From: Solirubrobacterales bacterium
GTDB lineage: Bacteria; Actinomycetota; Thermoleophilia; Solirubrobacterales; 70-9
Direction: 5' to 3'
DNA length: 64,000 bases
NCBI GenBank assembly: GCA_035260485.1
Contig: DATFVC010000055.1
Span: 56,041-120,040 of the forward strand
Shown here piece by piece: positions 62,001 through 64,000 of this stretch (position 1 is its first letter; the number at the start of each line of letters is the position of its first letter). The position numbers and the translations under genes were made by a program. The notes below the pieces were generated by a model. The model had not been told where the DNA came from. It searched no databases and worked only from the letters and a program-made list of their open reading frames with translations.

Positions 62001-62987
62001 ATGTTCTCGCCACTAAGCAACCGCTTCGGCATCCCGGGCGTGATCTCGGTGATCGCCCTCGTCTTTGCGATGTTGGGCGGCGCCTACGCCGCCTCAAACA
62101 ACTCCGGTGGTGGCAAGGCGAGCGCCTCGGCCAAAGCCAAAAAAGGCCCCCCGGGCCCCAAAGGCGCGACCGGCCCCGCCGGGCCGGCGGGTCCTGCGGG
62201 AGCGGCGGGCGCCAAGGGAGATGCGGGCGCCAAGGGTGACACCGGCGCCGCCGGCAGCAGCGGAACCAACGGCGCCAGCGCCGAAGCCGTCTCCTTCGCC
62301 GGCGCCGAACACGGCTGCGCCGAAGGCGGCATCGAAGTCAAATCGGCCAAACCAGCGGTCTTCATCTGCAACGGCAAAAAAGGAACCAACGGCGCCAGCG
62401 CCGAAGCGTTCTCCTTCGCTGGCGCCGAACACGGCTGCGAAGCAGGCGGCATCGAAGTCAAATCGGCTAAACCCGCGGTTTTTGTCTGCAACGGCAAAGC
62501 CGGCAAAGACGGCAAAGAAGGCTCGCCCTGGGTCGCCGGCACGGCGCCCGACAAAGTGATCCTCAAGGGCGCCTGGGCCATTCCCTACTACAGCGCCGCG
62601 GCGGGCGGCGAGCTCATCCCGACCGCGATCTCGACCGGCATTCCGGTGCCTGTCGGAGGAGCCCCCTCCTATCTTCCCGCCGTCGCCCCCGGCGGTGGGA
62701 TCACCTACCCACCCGGAGAAGAAAAAGAACTCGCGGAAATCTTCTGTCCCGGCAGCGCAGACAACCCGACCGTCAACAAAGCGGCGCTCGCTGAATTCGA
62801 ATTTCCCGCTTCCGGGATCCTCTGCCTCTACGCGGGCGCCGCTTCGAACCTCACTCCGCCGCCGGCGCTGGATTCCAGTAACTGGCCGCATCTGAGCTTC
62901 AGCGGCGGCGGCGGCATCGCCAACTTCAAATCGAGCGCCGCGGGCGTCGCCAAGGGAAGCGGCACCTGGGTGCTGTACACGAAATGA
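62001..62987 (+). CDS. N-terminally anchored collagen-like (G-X-Y) repeat protein with duplicated Cys-containing module
   Basis: The ATG at 62001 is preceded by aaggagagag. The anchor is GVISVIALVFAMLGGAYAA. There are 14 uninterrupted G-X-Y triplets (GPPGPKGATGPAGPAGPAGAAGAKGDAGAKGDTGAAGSSGTN). Two 40-aa repeats follow (GTNGASAEA.SFAGAEHGC..GGIEVKSAKPAVF.CNGK), then an about 160-aa C-terminal domain. Confidence 0.7.
   Translation: MFSPLSNRFGIPGVISVIALVFAMLGGAYAASNNSGGGKASASAKAKKGPPGPKGATGPAGPAGPAGAAGAKGDAGAKGDTGAAGSSGTNGASAEAVSFAGAEHGCAEGGIEVKSAKPAVFICNGKKGTNGASAEAFSFAGAEHGCEAGGIEVKSAKPAVFVCNGKAGKDGKEGSPWVAGTAPDKVILKGAWAIPYYSAAAGGELIPTAISTGIPVPVGGAPSYLPAVAPGGGITYPPGEEKELAEIFCPGSADNPTVNKAALAEFEFPASGILCLYAGAASNLTPPPALDSSNWPHLSFSGGGGIANFKSSAAGVAKGSGTWVLYTK
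62262..62501 (+). repeat. Tandem 120-bp direct duplication inside the collagen-like gene
   Basis: Copy 1 (62262-62381) and copy 2 (62382-62501) differ at about 14 positions by manual comparison. Confidence 0.85.
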
Positions 62988-63043
62988 CGTCCAGCCGGCG
63001 ATCGATCGCAGACCGACACATCACCACCGAGAGCGGGCCTCTG

Positions 63044-64000
63044 ATGCAACCCCGACGCCAAGCCAAGCGCAGAGGCTGGCGGGACCTGCTCGTCTTCGCG
63101 CTGGCGCTCGGCGTGATCGCGGCGCCGGCGAGCGCAGCCACAGCGGCGGCCCCGCCGCCGCTGTGGAAGAAGGGCCAGAACTGCGGCACCTTCATTGAAT
63201 GCGGCTTCAAAGCCGAAAAAGCCAAATCGGGCCTGAAGCTGGTCGAAACGACGATCCCCCGCGGCATCGCCTCAGATCCCGAAACCGGTCACCTCTACGT
63301 CGCCGACCAGAACAACCAGCGCATCGTCGAGCTGACCGCCTGGGGGGACTTCGTCAAGGCCTGGGGCTGGGGGGTCAAAGACGGCTCTCCCGAACTGCAG
63401 ACCTGCAGCGCCGAAAGCGGCTGTCTGCAAGGTAAAAGCGGCAGCGGCAAAGGGCAGCTCAACACCCCCCAGGGAGTCGCCGTCGACTCAGCCGGGGGCA
63501 TCTACGTGGTCGATTGGAACAACAACCGCGTGCAGAAGTTCGACCGCGAAGGCGACTTCCTCTGGATGGTCGGTGGCGACGTCAACAAAACCAAGGTCGA
63601 AGCCGCCGCCCCCGAAGCGCAGCGCAACCGCTGCCCGGTCGATCCCGGCGACGTCTGCCAGGCTGGGACGACCGGCGCCGGCAACGGCCAGTTCAGCCCC
63701 TGGCCGGTCTCGAGCTACATCGCGGCAGGGCCCGGCGACACGATCTACGTCGGCGACAAAGCCAGGATCGAGAAATTCGACTCCAGCGGCGCCTACCTCT
63801 CCCAGATCGCGCTGCCCGAAAAAAACGAGAAAGGAGAAGCGCTCCCGGCGCCGGCCAGCGCCGAAGTGGGCGCGCTCGCGGTAGACCCCCTCACCGGCTT
63901 TCTCTACTACGCCTACCGGAACGGGGTAGAACTCAACTTCAACGAAGCCAAGCACAACGTCTTCAAGCTCGACCCCACCACGGGCAAAGTGGTGAAGACG
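63044..64000 (+). CDS. Secreted NHL-repeat (six-bladed beta-propeller type) protein, 3'-truncated by the window end
   Basis: I translated this manually from the ATG at 63044: MQPRRQAKRRGWRDLLVFALALGVIAAPASA... Recurrent NHL signatures are P.GIA.D...G.LYVAD..N.RIVE, P.GVAVDSAGGIYVVDWNNNRVQKFD..G.F and IYVGDKARIEKFDSSG. The frame is open to position 64000, so it is absent from the supplied ORF track. Confidence 0.7.
   Translation, partial: MQPRRQAKRRGWRDLLVFALALGVIAAPASAATAAAPPPLWKKGQNCGTFIECGFKAEKAKSGLKLVETTIPRGIASDPETGHLYVADQNNQRIVELTAWGDFVKAWGWGVKDGSPELQTCSAESGCLQGKSGSGKGQLNTPQGVAVDSAGGIYVVDWNNNRVQKFDREGDFLWMVGGDVNKTKVEAAAPEAQRNRCPVDPGDVCQAGTTGAGNGQFSPWPVSSYIAAGPGDTIYVGDKARIEKFDSSGAYLSQIALPEKNEKGEALPAPASAEVGALAVDPLTGFLYYAYRNGVELNFNEAKHNVFKLDPTTGKVVKT

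Overview
By eye this is a very GC-rich bacterial chromosome segment (composition not computed). It is most consistent with a high-GC Gram-positive lineage (Actinomycetota, possibly Thermoleophilia/Rubrobacteria-like; inference). Supporting signs are the lysA-hom-thrC-thrB gene order, a WS/DGAT wax-ester synthase, a MarP-like CvpA-trypsin protease, an LLM/F420-type oxidoreductase, and many 4-nt GTGA/ATGA stop-start overlaps.

I support about 75 coding features. I found no rRNA, tRNA, CRISPR array, transposase or integrase.

The housekeeping core includes:
- acyl-CoA dehydrogenase
- an M23 peptidase
- the lysA-hom-thrC-thrB operon
- glutamate synthase large subunit
- a class B PBP
- xseAB
- an AddAB/AdnAB-like helicase-nuclease pair
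- ispH
- the Suf Fe-S assembly genes
- a NarL-type two-component system
- htpX

Noteworthy items:
1. A roughly 3.4-kb lower-GC islet (about 37.94-41.42 kb) lies between a sufT-like gene and fxsA. It is bounded by G-tract/C-tract repeats and an imperfect direct repeat. It holds small DNA-binding proteins, including two paralogous wHTH regulators that each have a CTAT-N5-ATAG palindrome upstream. It also holds at least one frameshifted gene.
2. The Suf machinery is broken into three transcription units, interrupted by opposite-strand genes. It has an Rrf2 regulator and a Rieske ferredoxin, and sufT lies about 10 kb away.
3. The histidine kinase and response regulator are separated by an opposite-strand AbiEi/DUF559 endonuclease-like gene.
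4. There are two about 110-nt intergenic inverted repeats, one with perfect 31-bp arms.
5. A membrane-anchored collagen-like (G-X-Y) protein carries a 120-bp tandem duplication. It is followed by an NHL-repeat protein that runs off the window end and is missing from the ORF track.
6. An MBL-fold hydrolase remnant has lost its HxHxDH motif.
7. A DipZ-like thioredoxin-fold protein has lost its CxxC.

I cannot point to a clear-cut, self-evident novel multi-gene system. The islet and the collagen-like/NHL cluster are the best places to look. All functional calls come from reading motifs in the translations, not from database searches.
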